From: a virus | Lineage: Duplodnaviria > Heunggongvirae > Uroviricota > Caudoviricetes | Direction: 5' to 3' (one strand) | Virus record (IMG/VR): IMGVR_UViG_2939152649_000004 | Coordinates: 1 to 7,776 of that record | DNA: 7,776 nt | In this document: positions 6,359-7,776 of the stretch, piece after piece | How the letters are laid out: each line of letters starts with the position of its first letter | Position numbering within the stretch: position 1 is the stretch's first letter | Translations under genes and position numbers: made by a program | The notes under the pieces: generated by a model | What the model saw: only the letters and a program-made list of their open reading frames with translations | Database searches by the model: none | Told to the model about the DNA's origin: nothing

Positions 6359-6448
6359 TGATTTTATTTTGACTGATAGTGACCTGTTCGTTGCAACAAA
6401 TTGATAAGCAATGCTTTTTTATAATGCCAACTTAGTATAAAAAAGCAG
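6355..6448 (-). other. attL prophage-host junction: lambda P' arm (Int arm-type sites P'1-P'3, IHF H' site) plus the 15-bp att core
   Basis: Reverse complement reads GCCTGCTTTTTTATACTAAGTTGGCATTATAAAAAAGCATTGCTTATCAATTTGTTGCAACGAACAGGTCACTATCAGTCAAAATAAAATCATTA. Core GCTTTTTTATACTAA is at 6432..6446; arm-type sites are at 6355..6385; IHF-like TATCAATTTGTTG is near 6393..6407. Bacterial B-arm sequence follows the core. Confidence 0.88.
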
Positions 6449-6492
6449 GCTTCAACGGATTCATTTTTCTATTTCATAGCCCGGAGCAACCT

Positions 6493-7776
6493 GTGAACAC
6501 ATTTTCAGTTTCCCGTCTGGCGCTGGCATTGGCTTTTGGCGTGACGCTGACCGCCTGTAGCTCAACCCCGCCCGATCAACGTCCTTCTGATCAAACCGCG
6601 CCTGGTACCTCTTCTCGCCCGATTCTGTCGGCAAAAGAAGCGCAGAATTTCGATGCTCAACACTATTTTGCATCCCTGACACCAGGTGCTGCAGCGTGGA
6701 ATCCTTCCCCGATTACCCTGCCTGCGCAACCTGACTTTGTTGTCGGCCCGGCGGGCACTCAAGGTGTAACGCATACCACGATTCAGGCGGCGGTAGATGC
6801 GGCAATTATCAAGCGTACCAACAAGCGCCAGTATATTGCCGTGATGCCTGGTGAGTATCAGGGAACGGTATATGTCCCTGCCGCTCCGGGTGGAATTACT
6901 CTGTACGGTACAGGTGAAAAACCGATTGATGTGAAGATTGGGCTTTCCCTTGATGGTGGCATGAGCCCTGCCGACTGGCGTCACGACGTCAACCCGCGCG
7001 GCAAATATATGCCAGGTAAACCAGCGTGGTATATGTACGATAGCTGCCAGAGCAAACGCAGCGACAGTATCGGTGTTCTCTGCTCTGCGGTCTTCTGGTC
7101 ACAAAACAATGGCCTGCAACTGCAAAATCTGACCATCGAAAACACGCTGGGCGATAGCGTAGATGCAGGTAACCATCCGGCGGTGGCACTGCGTACTGAT
7201 GGTGACCAGGTACAGATTAACAACGTTAACATTCTCGGTCGTCAGAACACCTTCTTTGTCACCAACAGCGGTGTGCAGAACCGTCTGGAAACGAATCGTC
7301 AGCCGCGTACGCTGGTGACCAACAGCTACATTGAAGGGGATGTGGATATCGTTTCTGGTCGCGGCGCAGTGGTGTTCGATAACACCGAATTCCGCGTGGT
7401 GAACTCACGTACTCAGCAAGAAGCGTATGTGTTTGCACCGGCTACGCTGTCCAACATTTACTACGGTTTCCTCGCCGTAAACAGCCGTTTCAATGCTTTC
7501 GGTGATGGTGTGGCGCAACTGGGCCGCTCGCTGGATGTTGATGCCAATACCAACGGTCAGGTGGTGATCCGTGATAGCGCCATCAACGAAGGTTTTAACA
7601 CGGCTAAACCGTGGGCCGATGCGGTGATCTCTAATCGTCCGTTTGCGGGTAATACCGGCAGCGTAGATGATAACGACGAAATACAGCGCAATCTGAATGA
7701 CACTAACTACAACCGCATGTGGGAATACAATAACCGCGGCGTGGGTAGTAAAGTGGTTGCAGAGGCGAAGAAGTAA
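6493..7776 (+). CDS. ybhC: Host outer-membrane lipoprotein YbhC (pectinesterase-like family, putative acyl-CoA thioesterase)
   Basis: 427-aa ORF from a GTG start with GGAG 6 nt upstream. N-terminus MNTFSVSRLALALAFGVTLTAC carries a lipobox (LTAC). ybhC is the gene flanking att-lambda in E. coli; the complete ORF ends with TAA at 7774..7776. Confidence 0.9.
   Translation: MNTFSVSRLALALAFGVTLTACSSTPPDQRPSDQTAPGTSSRPILSAKEAQNFDAQHYFASLTPGAAAWNPSPITLPAQPDFVVGPAGTQGVTHTTIQAAVDAAIIKRTNKRQYIAVMPGEYQGTVYVPAAPGGITLYGTGEKPIDVKIGLSLDGGMSPADWRHDVNPRGKYMPGKPAWYMYDSCQSKRSDSIGVLCSAVFWSQNNGLQLQNLTIENTLGDSVDAGNHPAVALRTDGDQVQINNVNILGRQNTFFVTNSGVQNRLETNRQPRTLVTNSYIEGDVDIVSGRGAVVFDNTEFRVVNSRTQQEAYVFAPATLSNIYYGFLAVNSRFNAFGDGVAQLGRSLDVDANTNGQVVIRDSAINEGFNTAKPWADAVISNRPFAGNTGSVDDNDEIQRNLNDTNYNRMWEYNNRGVGSKVVAEAKK

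Larger units (their letters stand above)
332..6446. mobile_element. Defective lambda-like prophage remnant at att-lambda: b-region cargo, tfa, 3' stf, deletion, exo-xis region remnant, xis, int, attL
   Basis: Gene content and order match lambda (tfa, stf C-terminus, orf63/orf61/orf73-like ORFs, orf55, xis, int, P' arm and core) but all replication, lysis, head and tail genes are absent. The right boundary is the attL core at 6432..6446; the left boundary is outside the window. Confidence 0.85.

Noticed and set aside
6359-6492. Possible sib/tI retroregulation site downstream of int
   Set aside because: In lambda, sib/tI lies in the P arm beyond the core. In an integrated prophage that arm is at attR, and here the core is followed by host DNA, so it is not expected and not seen.
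6461-7232. Minus-strand ORFs 6461..6682, 6562..6984, 6981..7232 and 6989..7189 inside ybhC
   Set aside because: Arg-rich antisense translations of a conserved host gene; typical artefacts in GC-richer coding sequence.
1-7776. CRISPR array, tRNA or rRNA genes
   Set aside because: I found no regularly spaced direct repeats and no tRNA-like cloverleaf candidates on reading the sequence; the only repeats are the IS1 end, short hairpins and the protein-level Stf repeats.

Overview
This window looks like an Escherichia coli chromosomal segment at the lambda attachment site (gal-bio region), holding the int-proximal end of a heavily deleted lambda-like prophage. Reading left to right: (1) the left end of an IS1 element with insA, running off the window start; (2) an AT-rich ORF for a membrane-anchored GGDEF diguanylate cyclase (intact GGEEF and RxxD motifs), sitting where lambda carries its b-region genes; (3) tfa and the 3' part of the side tail fibre gene stf on the minus strand; (4) an apparent deletion junction; (5) a plus-strand block of small overlapping ORFs that matches the lambda exo-xis region (orf63-like, orf61-position ORF, TraR/DksA-type zinc-finger orf73-like); (6) a divergently oriented, AT-rich 200-aa membrane-protein gene of unknown function where lambda has ea22/ea8.5; (7) orf55, xis and int, with a cII-type TTGC-N6-TTGC box at the xis start; (8) the attL junction (Int arm-type sites, IHF site, 15-bp core); (9) the host lipoprotein gene ybhC. 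The two AT-rich cargo genes, the diguanylate cyclase and the orphan membrane protein, are the most interesting candidates. All identifications rest on reading the translations and motifs from memory; no database search or alignment was run.
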